Made by a program: the position numbers and the translations under genes. Under the pieces are notes generated by a model, which was given only the letters and a program-made list of their open reading frames with translations, had not been told where the DNA came from and ran no database searches. Positions 17,267 through 26,455 of a DNA stretch of 38,429 nt are shown here, one piece after another; the stretch's first letter is position 1, and each line of letters begins with the position of its first letter. Origin of the DNA: a virus (lineage: Duplodnaviria; Caudoviricetes); the IMG/VR virus record IMGVR_UViG_3300029818_000063, positions 1 through 38,429 of that record; one strand, written 5' to 3'.

Positions 17267-18840
17267 CCAGAACATCGAGCATCGTAGGACCAGACGGCCA
17301 GCCGCTGCAGGTCCGCGATCTGGACACACCGCAGACCGCGCACACCATCGGCTTGCACCACGAGGTGGCCAACCACCCATCACGCGGACTAACCCCCAGC
17401 AAGCTGGCGGACATTCTCGACCGCGCAGAACAAGGCGATATCACCGCTCAGTTTGAGCTGTATGAAGACATCGAAGAGAAAGACGGCCACGTCATGTCCG
17501 AGATGTCCAAGCGCCGGCGCGCTGTCACCGGGCTGGAATGGGACATCGTGCCGCCCGATGGCGCCACGGCAGCCGAGAAAAAAGCAGCGGTCGAGCTGTA
17601 CAGCCTGATGCAGGGGCTGGATGATTTTGAAGACGTGCTGTTCGACGCCACCGACGCGACTGGCAAAGGGTTTTGCTGCCTGGAGATGGAGTGGCAGCGC
17701 CTGGATGGCAACTGGCTGCCCAGCCACATCGATCATCGGCCACAGACCTGGTTCAAGTTTCAGCGCGGCGTGCGCCAGGAGATTCGCCTACGGGGCGCCG
17801 GCGACGGTGAAGCACTGCGGCCTTTCACCTGGATAAAGCACACCCACAAAGCCAAGAGCGGGTACCTGGAACGCAGTGCACTGTTCCGGGTGCTGCTTTG
17901 GCCATACCTGTTCAAGAACTACAGCGTGGGCGACTTGGCCGAGTTCCTGGAGATCTACGGCATACCCATGCGCGTGGGCAAGTACCCCGGCGGTGCCACT
18001 GAGAAAGAGAAGCTGACCCTGCTGCGCGCGTTGGCAGCTCTGGGTCACAACGCGGCAGGCATCATTCCAGTGGGCATGGAGCTGGACTTCCTGGACGCCG
18101 CCCAGGGCGACCCGGCCGCGTTCAAGCTGATGATCGACTGGTGCGAGAAGACGCAGAGCAAGGCGATCCTTGGCGGCACGCTAACCAGCCAGGCCGACGG
18201 TGCCAGCAGCACCAATGCCCTGGGCAACGTGCACAACGAGGTACGCAAGGAACTGCGCGACTCCGACGCCAAGGCGCTGGCCAAGACGCTGAGCCGTGAC
18301 CTTGTCTACCCGATCGCCGCACTCAATGGCCTTGTGACAAACTGGAAGCGCTGCCCGCGCTTCAAGTTCGACCTGCAGGAGCCGGAGGATCTGGAGTACT
18401 ACGCCACCGCGCTGCCGCCGCTGATCAAGGCCGGTATCCGCGTACCGCGCCAATGGGCCCAGGAGCGCCTGGGCATTCCGGATCCAGAGGAAGGCGAAGA
18501 CGTGCTGGTGGCCGAGCCTGCCCCGGCCGCACCAGCGCCAGTGCTACCACAGCCCACCGCCGCACTGAACGCCCAACTGGCAATGCAAACGCCGATACCA
18601 CCGCGCACCGCTGCCGAGCAGCTGGACGTTGCCCTGCAGCCAATGACCGGCGAGTGGATCACGCGGATCCGCGCAATGGTCGACCAAGCTGATTCCCTGG
18701 AACAGATCCGCGACCAGCTGGCCAGCCTGCTGCCCGACATGACGCTGGAGCAATACGCCGAGGCCATGGCCCAGGCGCTGGCTGCTGCGGCGCTGCAGGG
18801 CCGGGTTGATATCCTGGAGGAAGCCGGCCGTGGCCGTTAG
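17260..18840 (+). CDS. Portal protein (Mu gp29 / DUF935)
   Basis: HPSRGLTP, FLEIYGIP.RVGKY, SKAILGGTLTS, ALGNVHNEVR. Confidence 0.95.
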   Translation: MVTRTSSIVGPDGQPLQVRDLDTPQTAHTIGLHHEVANHPSRGLTPSKLADILDRAEQGDITAQFELYEDIEEKDGHVMSEMSKRRRAVTGLEWDIVPPDGATAAEKKAAVELYSLMQGLDDFEDVLFDATDATGKGFCCLEMEWQRLDGNWLPSHIDHRPQTWFKFQRGVRQEIRLRGAGDGEALRPFTWIKHTHKAKSGYLERSALFRVLLWPYLFKNYSVGDLAEFLEIYGIPMRVGKYPGGATEKEKLTLLRALAALGHNAAGIIPVGMELDFLDAAQGDPAAFKLMIDWCEKTQSKAILGGTLTSQADGASSTNALGNVHNEVRKELRDSDAKALAKTLSRDLVYPIAALNGLVTNWKRCPRFKFDLQEPEDLEYYATALPPLIKAGIRVPRQWAQERLGIPDPEEGEDVLVAEPAPAAPAPVLPQPTAALNAQLAMQTPIPPRTAAEQLDVALQPMTGEWITRIRAMVDQADSLEQIRDQLASLLPDMTLEQYAEAMAQALAAAALQGRVDILEEAGRGR

Positions 18841-20071
18841 CCCCACCAGCCTGCCATTCCGCGAGCAGAACGAGTTTCTGCGCCGCAAGCTGAACCTGCC
18901 CACCAACGCCTGGACGGACGTGTATACCCGCGAACACGACTATGCGTTTGTGGTAGCCGGCGCGAACCGGGATGAGATCGTGGCTGGCTTCCGCCAGGCG
19001 ATCGAGAAAGCCATCGAGGGCGGCGGCACCCTTGAAGAGTTTCGCCGCGACTTCGACCGCATCGTCGCGCAAACGGGCTGGAGCTACAACGGGGGCCGCA
19101 ACTGGCGCAGCAGGGTCATATACGAGACCAACCTACGCAGCAGCTATATGGCAGGCCGCTATGAGCAGCTGATGGCCGTCCGTGAGGAGCGGCCGTACTG
19201 GCAGTACATACACAGCGATGCGGTAGAGGTGCCACGCCCCATTCATGAGGGGTGGAACGGTATGATCCTGCGCTGGGATGACCCCTGGTGGAAGTACCAT
19301 TTCCCGATCAATGCCTGGGGCTGCCAGTGCAGCGTGCGAGCCCTGAGCGAGGATGACCTGCGCAGGATGGGTAAGGATGGCCCCGACACGGCACCGCCGA
19401 TTGTGTTTGAGGAACGCACCATTGGGCAGCGTGGACCGAACGGGCCGCGTGTTGTGCGTGTGCCTCAGGGTATTGATCCCGGATTTGAGTACGTTCCTGG
19501 GCAATCGCGCCTGGTCAGCCAGATACCTCCAGAGCTGCCGGATCCTCCGTTGCCTGGATCCACTGGCGGCCCTGGTCTGCCGAACACACGCCCAAGTGAG
19601 TCATTGCCATCTGTACGGCCAGCGCTGGTAGACCTGCTGCCGGACAACCTTTCCCCTGATGACTACGCGGAATCCTTTCTGCGTCCTTTTGGCGCCACGA
19701 TGCAACAGCCGGTCATTTTTCGGGACGTGCTGGGCGAACACCTGGTGATTGGTAGTGAGCTGTTCATCAATCCCAAGACTGGCAAACTAAAGTCGATGAA
19801 GAACGAGCGCGGGCCTTTCATGCAGCTGCTGGCTGCCGCCGTGCAACTACCTGATGAAATATGGGCCCGTATTGAATGGCATGGTGCGCGACAACAAGCG
19901 GTTGTGCGGCGGCGCTATGTTGCGCAATTTCAAGTTGAGGGTGAAAACGCACCCATGCTGGCGGTATTTGAAGTTGGGCGGGATGGCTGGACTGGCATAA
20001 CAACCTTTTCGCCTAGCCAGGATATTAACGATATGCGTGTGGGTGTGTTGCTGTACAGGCGGGAAGAATGA
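18830..20071 (+). CDS. MuF (gp30) head morphogenesis protein with C-terminal PBECR2-like nuclease-fold domain
   Basis: IYETNLRSSY.AGR, RPYWQY, PR..H..W.G, FP.N.WGCQC.V MuF motifs; C-terminal PDEIW...RRRY...WTG.T.F...R.G.LLYRR; GTG start after GGAGG. Confidence 0.88.
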   Translation: MAVSPTSLPFREQNEFLRRKLNLPTNAWTDVYTREHDYAFVVAGANRDEIVAGFRQAIEKAIEGGGTLEEFRRDFDRIVAQTGWSYNGGRNWRSRVIYETNLRSSYMAGRYEQLMAVREERPYWQYIHSDAVEVPRPIHEGWNGMILRWDDPWWKYHFPINAWGCQCSVRALSEDDLRRMGKDGPDTAPPIVFEERTIGQRGPNGPRVVRVPQGIDPGFEYVPGQSRLVSQIPPELPDPPLPGSTGGPGLPNTRPSESLPSVRPALVDLLPDNLSPDDYAESFLRPFGATMQQPVIFRDVLGEHLVIGSELFINPKTGKLKSMKNERGPFMQLLAAAVQLPDEIWARIEWHGARQQAVVRRRYVAQFQVEGENAPMLAVFEVGRDGWTGITTFSPSQDINDMRVGVLLYRREE

Positions 20072-20168
20072 AGCTGGCCAGGGGCTGGCACCCCTGGCCC
20101 TGCCGCGCTTGGATGTCCAATAGCCAGGAACGCCACGCTGCAGTTGGTTAAGAGTATAGGGGTACACG

Positions 20169-20741
20169 ATGGCAGGCGCCACTCTCGAATTTGACAATGC
20201 AGACGCACTGGCAGTTATACGCCTTGCTGCTACCGCCATGGGCGACCCAGGCCCCATGCTGCGCAACATGGGCGAGTACCTGCTGATTGCCCACGACCAG
20301 CGCTGGGCCAGCCAGACATCACCTGACGGCCAGCCCTGGGCACCGTTGAGCCCCGCCTATCAGCGCCGCAAGAAAAAGAACGCGGACAGGATCCTGCAGC
20401 TGGATGGCTACCTGAAGAACACCCTGGTCTACCAGCTCGATGACAACGACCTGCTGTTCGGCTCCAACCGCATCTATGCCGCCATCCAGCATTTTGGGGG
20501 CACCATCGATATGCCGGCGCGCAGTCAGCAGGCGTATTTCCGGCAGGGCCGGGACGGCTCTGCGGGTAACCGATTCACCAAAAAGAGCCGCAGCAACTTT
20601 GCCCAGTGGGTGACCATTGGCGGTTACTCGATCCAGATCCCGGCGCGCCCCTGGTTGGGTACCAGTGCTGCAGACGATGACCACCTGGGCAATATCGCCC
20701 TGGATTACATCCGCAAAGCCGGTTTCAGCGCGAGCCCGTGA
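20169..20741 (+). CDS. Virion morphogenesis protein (Mu gp31/G-like)
   Basis: PDGQPWAPLSP, GSNRIYAAIQHFGG, IPARPWLG. Confidence 0.92.
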   Translation: MAGATLEFDNADALAVIRLAATAMGDPGPMLRNMGEYLLIAHDQRWASQTSPDGQPWAPLSPAYQRRKKKNADRILQLDGYLKNTLVYQLDDNDLLFGSNRIYAAIQHFGGTIDMPARSQQAYFRQGRDGSAGNRFTKKSRSNFAQWVTIGGYSIQIPARPWLGTSAADDDHLGNIALDYIRKAGFSASP

Positions 20742-20889
20742 AAGGCCCTGTAAGCGTCTAAGAGGCGTTGCAGGCTACGGATCCCCGAAAGAGCGCCTCG
20801 GACACGTTTATAAACACGCGTGGACGCCGTCGCGCCGGTAGATCGCTAGGCTATTCCCGATCCAACCTGTTTCCCTTACTGCATTAAGT

Positions 20890-20933
20890 TTTTGCGCACG
20901 CAAAAAGACATTGCGCGCGCAGGGTCCAATCAT
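20890..20933 (+). promoter_or_regulatory. Late promoter 2 (protease/capsid), probable Mor/C-family activator site
   Basis: TTTTGCGCACGCAAAA, then AGACA, 17 nt, AATCAT. Confidence 0.75.
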
Positions 20934-20940
20934 GGGGCCC

Positions 20941-22035
20941 ATGAAGACGAAACCAGCCCACCTTATCGCTGTTGCACCATGCAGTTTCCAGATGCCCTCA
21001 CAGGCAGACGGAAACTTAGTGCGCATTCAGGTCACCCCTGCAGGTTTGTTTCAGCCGGCCGATGGCCGCCCGCTGGATGTGCCCGGCTGGTATATCGACG
21101 CCGCGACGGCCCAGGTGGTCATCGAGCGGTTCAATGCGCGGCGCCAGCCGCTGGTTATCGACTACGACCACCAGACCCTGAACAAGGAAAAGAACGGCCA
21201 GCCCGCACCCGCAGCTGGCTGGTTCAAGGGCCTGGAATGGGATGACCAGGGCCTGTGGGCCGTGGCAGAGCTGACCGACCGCGCCATGGAGTCCCGCGCC
21301 AAGCGGGAATACATGTATTTCAGTCCCGTGTTCGGCTACGACGGCACCACCGGTGTCGTCCAGGAGCTGCACATGGGCGCGCTTACCAACACCCCGGCGG
21401 TGCACGGCATGGAGGGCATTGCCCTGATTGCCGCTGCCACTTTCGGGCATTACCAACCAGAGGATGTATCCGTGGATAAACTGCTCGTGGCGCTTATTGC
21501 CGCCCTCGGCCTCGCCGAAAACGCTACACCCGACCAGGCCGTGGCTGCGCTCAATGCCCGCCTGACCGCTGACCCACTCTCCGATCTGCGCAAAGCGCTC
21601 AAGCTGGACGACAAGGCCGACCAGGCCACCATCGTCACCGCCTGCAGCGCGTTGATGCAGAAAGCCGCTACTGCCGACCCCGCACAGTTTGTGCCGGTGG
21701 CTGCGGTGCAGCAGCTGCAGGGCGAAGTCGCCGCACTCAGTGCACGCCTGCAGGCACGTGACGAGGTGGATACCAACACCCTGATCAATGCCGCGATTGA
21801 AGATGGTCGTTTGGCCAAGGCCCTGGAGCCCTGGGCGCGAGACCTGGCAAAGACCAATGTCGCGGCGCTGAACAGCTACCTGGATGCGGCCACGCCGTTG
21901 TCTGTGCTGCTGTCCAGTCAGACCAAGGGCCAGCACATCGCCGACGACGGCACCGGACTCACGCAGGATGAACTGGCCGTGTGCAGCCAGCTCAACCTGA
22001 CCGCTGAGCAATTCAAAGCAGCAAAGGGGGCATGA
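20941..22035 (+). CDS. Mu-like prohead protease/scaffold (gp32, I/Z)
   Basis: PAG.F...DGRP, IDYDHQT, APAAGW, EY.Y.SPVF, ALTNTPA; start set to ATG 20941. Confidence 0.93.
   Translation: MKTKPAHLIAVAPCSFQMPSQADGNLVRIQVTPAGLFQPADGRPLDVPGWYIDAATAQVVIERFNARRQPLVIDYDHQTLNKEKNGQPAPAAGWFKGLEWDDQGLWAVAELTDRAMESRAKREYMYFSPVFGYDGTTGVVQELHMGALTNTPAVHGMEGIALIAAATFGHYQPEDVSVDKLLVALIAALGLAENATPDQAVAALNARLTADPLSDLRKALKLDDKADQATIVTACSALMQKAATADPAQFVPVAAVQQLQGEVAALSARLQARDEVDTNTLINAAIEDGRLAKALEPWARDLAKTNVAALNSYLDAATPLSVLLSSQTKGQHIADDGTGLTQDELAVCSQLNLTAEQFKAAKGA
21472..22035 (+). CDS. Internal in-frame scaffolding protein (Mu gpZ-like)
   Basis: In-frame GTG at 21472 preceded by GAGGA (21460-21464), just after the protease domain. 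Confidence 0.6.
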   Translation: MDKLLVALIAALGLAENATPDQAVAALNARLTADPLSDLRKALKLDDKADQATIVTACSALMQKAATADPAQFVPVAAVQQLQGEVAALSARLQARDEVDTNTLINAAIEDGRLAKALEPWARDLAKTNVAALNSYLDAATPLSVLLSSQTKGQHIADDGTGLTQDELAVCSQLNLTAEQFKAAKGA

Positions 22036-22036
22036 C

Positions 22037-22444
22037 ATGGCCGCGCTGACTCAAGACCGCAACACCAATCGCCGGGATGGCGTGCAGTTCAATGACCCGG
22101 TGGCGGCGGCCACCCGCATTTTCACCGGCTCGATCGTCTGCCTGAACGCTGCGGGCAATGCGGTGCCGGGCAGTACCTCCGCCACCCTGACCGCGCGCGG
22201 CGTGGCCCAGGAGCACGTTGACAACCGCGATGGTGCGGCAGGTGACAAGAGCGTAGAAAGCCGCCGGGGCACATTTCATTTTGCCAACAGCGCCAGCGCC
22301 GACGAGATCACCCGCGCCGATATCGGCGAGCTGGCCTACATCGTCGATGACCAAACCGTCGCCAAAACCGACGCCACCAGTACCCGCTCGGTTGCAGGCA
22401 CTATCGATGATGTCGATAGCGCTGGCGTCTGGGTAACCATCTAG
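22037..22444 (+). CDS. Head decoration / capsid cement protein
   Basis: MAALTQDRNT...GVAQE.VDN..GA.GD...YIVDDQTV...GVWV; lies between protease and capsid genes. Confidence 0.8.
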   Translation: MAALTQDRNTNRRDGVQFNDPVAAATRIFTGSIVCLNAAGNAVPGSTSATLTARGVAQEHVDNRDGAAGDKSVESRRGTFHFANSASADEITRADIGELAYIVDDQTVAKTDATSTRSVAGTIDDVDSAGVWVTI

Positions 22445-22455
22445 GAGATTCACTG

Positions 22456-23349
22456 ATGATCATTAACCAGACGAACCTGCGCACGCTGTATATCGGGTTT
22501 AAAGCCGCATTCCAGACTGGGTTTGCAGGTGCTACTCCGGACTTCGATCAGTTCACCCTGACCGTTCCGTCGACCACCTCTGCCGAGGAGTACGGCTGGC
22601 TGGGCAAGACAACCGCCTTCCGCGAGTGGATCGGCGACCGCGTCATTCAGAACCTGAAACTGCATGACTACACCATCAAGAACAAAACGTTCGAGAACAC
22701 TGTGGGTGTGCCCCGCGAGAACATCGAGGACGACAACCTGGGCATTTTCTCGCCAATGATGGCGCAGTTGGGCCAGGACGCTGCAGAGCATCCCGCCACT
22801 CTGGTGTATGAGCTGTTGAAAAAGGGTTTCACTGATCTGTGCTATGACGGTCAGCCCTTCTTTGATACTGATCACCCGGTGATCAACGTCGCTGGCGCGG
22901 AAGTCTCGGTCAGCAACTCATCCGGCGGCAGCGGTACGCCCTGGTTCCTGCTGGACACCACCCGCGTGATGAAGCCGCTGATTCTGCAGATGCGCAAGAA
23001 CTACAACTTCGTCCAGCAGGACCAGGAAAAGGACGAGAACGTGTTCATGCGCAAGGAATACATCTACGGAGTAGATGCGCGCTTGAACGTCGGCTTTGGC
23101 CTCTGGCAGCTAGCGCACGCCAGCCGTCAGGAACTGAACGCCGCCAACTTCGGGACCGCCTACGCTGCGATGCAGGGGATGAAGGGTGACAAGGGCAAGA
23201 TCCTCGGCATCCGTCCCAAGCTGCTGGTCGTGCCGCCGAGCCTGCGGGAACAGGCGCTGGAAGTGGTCAAGGCTGAGCGTAATGCCGCCGGCGCCACCAA
23301 CATCAACCGCGACGTGGTGGACGTTCTCGTCACGCCCTGGCTCGCCTAA
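22456..23349 (+). CDS. Major capsid protein (Mu gpT family)
   Basis: YGWLG....REWIGDR, FENTVGV.R..IEDD.LG, CYDGQPFFDTDHPV, KPLI.Q.R, P..LVVPPSL. Confidence 0.96.
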   Translation: MIINQTNLRTLYIGFKAAFQTGFAGATPDFDQFTLTVPSTTSAEEYGWLGKTTAFREWIGDRVIQNLKLHDYTIKNKTFENTVGVPRENIEDDNLGIFSPMMAQLGQDAAEHPATLVYELLKKGFTDLCYDGQPFFDTDHPVINVAGAEVSVSNSSGGSGTPWFLLDTTRVMKPLILQMRKNYNFVQQDQEKDENVFMRKEYIYGVDARLNVGFGLWQLAHASRQELNAANFGTAYAAMQGMKGDKGKILGIRPKLLVVPPSLREQALEVVKAERNAAGATNINRDVVDVLVTPWLA

Positions 23350-23364
23350 GAGACGGATGACGCC

Positions 23365-23790
23365 ATGACTGCAAATCGTAAACCGGCATCGGGCGCCAAG
23401 CCCGCTGCCAGCACGACTCCTAAGGATGAAAAGCCTTTGGAGAATCTTGAAACCACGGGTGCAGCTGCCGCGCCAGTGGTTCAGGGTGGCGATCCGGCCG
23501 CTCCTGTAACTGAACAACCCACCGCGAACGCGGCTTCGGCCGCAACTGCGCCCCAGGGCGCACAGGAAACGCCCAGCCCGGAGACCGCCATGGAAGGCAA
23601 TGTCGTTGATGGGCTGTGGATCCGGTCGGTGCCTGAATCGTTCCGCCGCTGCGGCTTCCGCTTTACCCGCGAGGGTTATGGCATTGCCCTGAGTGCGCTC
23701 ACAGATGCCCAGGTCGAGCAGTTGATGGCGGATCCGAACCTGGTGGTTAAACGGGGCGAGTTTTCTCATTTCGGTGAGCGCCTGGCATGA
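23365..23790 (+). CDS. Mu gp35 / HI1506-like protein
   Basis: Low-complexity N-terminus, then FRRCG..F...LT..Q...L.ADPNL.V. Confidence 0.75.
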   Translation: MTANRKPASGAKPAASTTPKDEKPLENLETTGAAAAPVVQGGDPAAPVTEQPTANAASAATAPQGAQETPSPETAMEGNVVDGLWIRSVPESFRRCGFRFTREGYGIALSALTDAQVEQLMADPNLVVKRGEFSHFGERLA

Positions 23791-24302
23791 CCTACATCAC
23801 CCACGCCCAACTGGCCGAGCGCCCAGGTGCACGCGAACTGGCCCAGGTGGCCACGCCCGCGCACCTGCGTGTAGTGCCGGATGCGCTGATGGAAGTCTCC
23901 CTCACGGGCGGCGACCGCAGCAGCTGGACTGCCGACGAGAATGAACGGGCTGATGCCGCCCTGGAGCGCATCGACGATGCCACCAGGGATGCGCAGGCCG
24001 TGATTGACGGCTTTCTGGCCCGGCGTGGGTACTTGCCGCTGGATCCGGTACCGGACATGGTCACGGTCTGGTGCCGTGCCATTGTGCGGTACTACCTGCA
24101 CCAGCACCGGCTGAGCACCGAGAGCAATGATCCAATCGTGCGCGACTACCGCGATGCCATGAAGCTGCTGCAGCTGACCGCAGATGGCAAGTTCAGCCTG
24201 GGTGCGGATGACCCGATTCAGACTGACCCGAACAGCCTGGACGTGCGCTTTGAAGCCTCGCCTAACGTGTTCAATCGCGGCCAGTTGAAGTTCTTCAGAT
24301 GA
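23787..24302 (+). CDS. Head-tail adaptor (Mu gp36 / DUF1320)
   Basis: MTYIT...L, DA...IDGFL..R.YLPL, IVRYYLH, RDYRDA.K.L.....GK.SLG. Confidence 0.9.
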   Translation: MTYITHAQLAERPGARELAQVATPAHLRVVPDALMEVSLTGGDRSSWTADENERADAALERIDDATRDAQAVIDGFLARRGYLPLDPVPDMVTVWCRAIVRYYLHQHRLSTESNDPIVRDYRDAMKLLQLTADGKFSLGADDPIQTDPNSLDVRFEASPNVFNRGQLKFFR

Positions 24303-24739
24303 TGCGGCCGCTCAATACGCAAGTGATTATTGACCGGCTGAAGGAGTTGGTTCCCGGCCTGGATGACGTTCAGGGCGCAGCAGAATACAACCAGGTAAAG
24401 AGCCTGACCGACTTCCGGATCGGCACCGCTTTTGTAGTCCTGGCCAGCGAACGCAACCCGGCCGGTAGCGCGCCGCAGCACAAGCGCGCAGCCAGTGCAG
24501 AGGCGGTATTCGGCGTCATCCTGGTTGCGCGTAACTACCGGGATCAATCAGGCGCCGAGGCGCTGCAGGACCTAGGCCCCCTGATCGGCGATGCGCGTGA
24601 CGCACTGCTTGGTTGGGAGCCTCAGGGAATGGACGCGATTAAATGGCTACAGGGCGATGCGGTGGACAGTGATGCCAGCCGGGTGCTCTGGATAGATGTT
24701 TTCACCACAACCCATGTACTCAGAGGCACCAAGTCATGA
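24299..24739 (+). CDS. Tail terminator / completion protein
   Basis: Position after the adaptor; FGV.....N..D..G, R.ALLGWEP motifs. Confidence 0.75.
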   Translation: MMRPLNTQVIIDRLKELVPGLDDVQGAAEYNQVKSLTDFRIGTAFVVLASERNPAGSAPQHKRAASAEAVFGVILVARNYRDQSGAEALQDLGPLIGDARDALLGWEPQGMDAIKWLQGDAVDSDASRVLWIDVFTTTHVLRGTKS

Positions 24740-24945
24740 GCGACAAGAAACAAAATCTTTACCCGGTCACGCTACTCAAGGACCACGAACACGCTGGCAA
24801 AAAGGAACTGGCTGGCAAAACGATCCACGTCAACGCGCTGGCAAAGCAATGGCTGGTCGCGAACAAGATCATCGGTGCTGAACAAGCGCCTGAGCCTGCT
24901 GTAACCGCTGTTGCAGCTGCTACCCAACCGGCGAAGAAGGGGTAA
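24736..24945 (+). CDS. Small hypothetical virion-associated protein
   Basis: VTLLKDHEHAG....AG..I.V.....WL; ATGA coupling. Confidence 0.7.
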   Translation: MSDKKQNLYPVTLLKDHEHAGKKELAGKTIHVNALAKQWLVANKIIGAEQAPEPAVTAVAAATQPAKKG

Positions 24946-24948
24946 GTC

Positions 24949-25710
24949 ATGGAAAAGTACATGTATGGCAAGGGCGAGCTGCAGATCTGCGAGATCATCA
25001 GCCCTACAGAGGACGGCCCCTATAAAAAGCTGGGTGACGCAAACTCGCTCGAAGGCACCCTGTCTGAAACGATGGTCCAGCACCGCGAAAGCATGAGCGG
25101 CAAAAACCTCCTGGTGCGCAATTTTGGTATCGAGCCAATGATGGTCTGGAACGTAGCGTTGTTCCAGCTCAGCGCTGACAACATTGCACGGTTTACCCAG
25201 GGCACTGTGACCCAGACCGAACCGGGTACCGCAAGCGGCGAGGAATTCCCCACAGGATTGGCAGTAGGCGATGTGGTTACTCTGGATCATTTCGGCCCGA
25301 GCAACATGGTGATCATGGATAGCGCCACACCTGATCCGGTTTTACTGGACCCCCAGCATTACAGCTACGACCCGTACGGCGACGTAGAGATCCTTTCACT
25401 GCCTGCAACCGCGCCAACGCAACCTTTTGTGGCCGCGTACAGCTATGCCGCCACCCGCCATGTCGCGATGCTGAACGCTGCACGCAAGCAGTATCGGTTG
25501 CGCTACAAGGGTAAGAACCTGGCCGAGGGTGAGCAGCCGTTCCTCCTTGAGCTTTACAAGGTGGATGCTGGCCTCCTGCAGACGCTGAGCTTGATCACTT
25601 CGGGTAACCAGCTGGCGTCCGCACCGGTGACGTTCACCTCCTTGGGTGACCTGTCCAAGCCGGCCAACGGCCCGCTCGGACAGTTCGGCCGCCTGATCGA
25701 AATCGGCTGA
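24949..25710 (+). CDS. Major tail (tube) protein, siphovirus type
   Basis: Y.YGKG.L, HRES.SG, LRY.G.NLAE, LELYKV, GPLGQFGR; precedes chaperone and tape measure; no sheath gene in the window. Confidence 0.85.
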   Translation: MEKYMYGKGELQICEIISPTEDGPYKKLGDANSLEGTLSETMVQHRESMSGKNLLVRNFGIEPMMVWNVALFQLSADNIARFTQGTVTQTEPGTASGEEFPTGLAVGDVVTLDHFGPSNMVIMDSATPDPVLLDPQHYSYDPYGDVEILSLPATAPTQPFVAAYSYAATRHVAMLNAARKQYRLRYKGKNLAEGEQPFLLELYKVDAGLLQTLSLITSGNQLASAPVTFTSLGDLSKPANGPLGQFGRLIEIG

Positions 25711-25722
25711 TAAGGGGAATTC

Positions 25723-26196
25723 ATGGCAAAGCGCAAACCACCCAAGGTCATCACCGCTGATCCCGTCGCTGTTGCTCCAGCGGCGGACGGTGCTGATGAT
25801 CTGGCAATCCTGCATCCGGACCTGTCTGTAAAAATTGCTGGCCGGGCTATCGTTATGCGGGAGTATGGTTTCATCGAAGGATTGAAACTGAACCCGCTAT
25901 ACAAACCCTTTGTCGATGATCTACATGATCAGGTCGTGTCAGGTGGCGTGCCACCGCTGAACGAGATTGTCGGTATCATGGCAAATCATACTGACAGCAT
26001 CGAGCAGCTGATAGCCGCTGCAGCGGATGTTGAGCTCGATTGGGTAAGGGGGCTCAACGACAAGGATGGTAGCGAGCTGCTTTATCTGTGGTGGACCGTA
26101 AATGCCCCTTTTTTCATGCGGCGTGTGTTCGATCGCATAAGAGCGGACAGAGCAGTAGCGGCGGCCCGCGCTGGGGCGACGTCTACGCCGTCCTGA
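25723..26196 (+). CDS. Tail assembly chaperone (lambda G-equivalent)
   Basis: DDL.ILHP, REYGF.EGL, WW.VN.PFF.R; lies between tube and tape measure genes. Confidence 0.8.
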   Translation: MAKRKPPKVITADPVAVAPAADGADDLAILHPDLSVKIAGRAIVMREYGFIEGLKLNPLYKPFVDDLHDQVVSGGVPPLNEIVGIMANHTDSIEQLIAAAADVELDWVRGLNDKDGSELLYLWWTVNAPFFMRRVFDRIRADRAVAAARAGATSTPS

Positions 26197-26372
26197 TTGC
26201 AGCTGAGCATTCGCCGGCAGAGATTGGCCGTTATACCCACCGGCAGGTTCTTCTGCACTACGACAGAGCCCTGGCAAACGAGCGGCGGCAGCGTTACAAC
26301 AACATCATGGACATGAATATGGCGTTTGCAGGCGGTACAAACGCTGCTGACTATCTCAATAAATTGTTATAG
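26106..26372 (+). CDS. -1 frame extension of the tail chaperone (GT-equivalent)
   Basis: Open -1 frame to TAG 26372 encoding W.DVYAVLIAAEH....IG.YT.RQ; slippery C-CCT-TTT-TTC at 26106-26115. Confidence 0.6.
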   Translation, partial: PFFHAACVRSHKSGQSSSGGPRWGDVYAVLIAAEHSPAEIGRYTHRQVLLHYDRALANERRQRYNNIMDMNMAFAGGTNAADYLNKLL

Positions 26373-26431
26373 CTGGCGTGCCCAGGGAGGCAGCAAGAAG
26401 CTGCCAGTCGGAACCAACGGATAGGACTCAG

Positions 26432-26455
26432 AGCGGCTGCGGCCGCTTTCTTTTT
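26432..26455 (+). terminator. Rho-independent terminator upstream of the tape measure gene
   Basis: AGCGGC-TGCG-GCCGCT stem followed by TTCTTTTT. Confidence 0.7.

Noticed and set aside
20742-20940. Anti-CRISPR/aca locus at the position used by D3112-like phages
   Set aside because: Only about 200 nt, with no credible SD-led ORF and no HTH aca gene; the space is taken by hairpins and the late promoter
21016-22038. 340-aa minus-strand ORF
   Set aside because: Antisense shadow of the protease gene, typical of high-GC coding DNA; no motifs or SD
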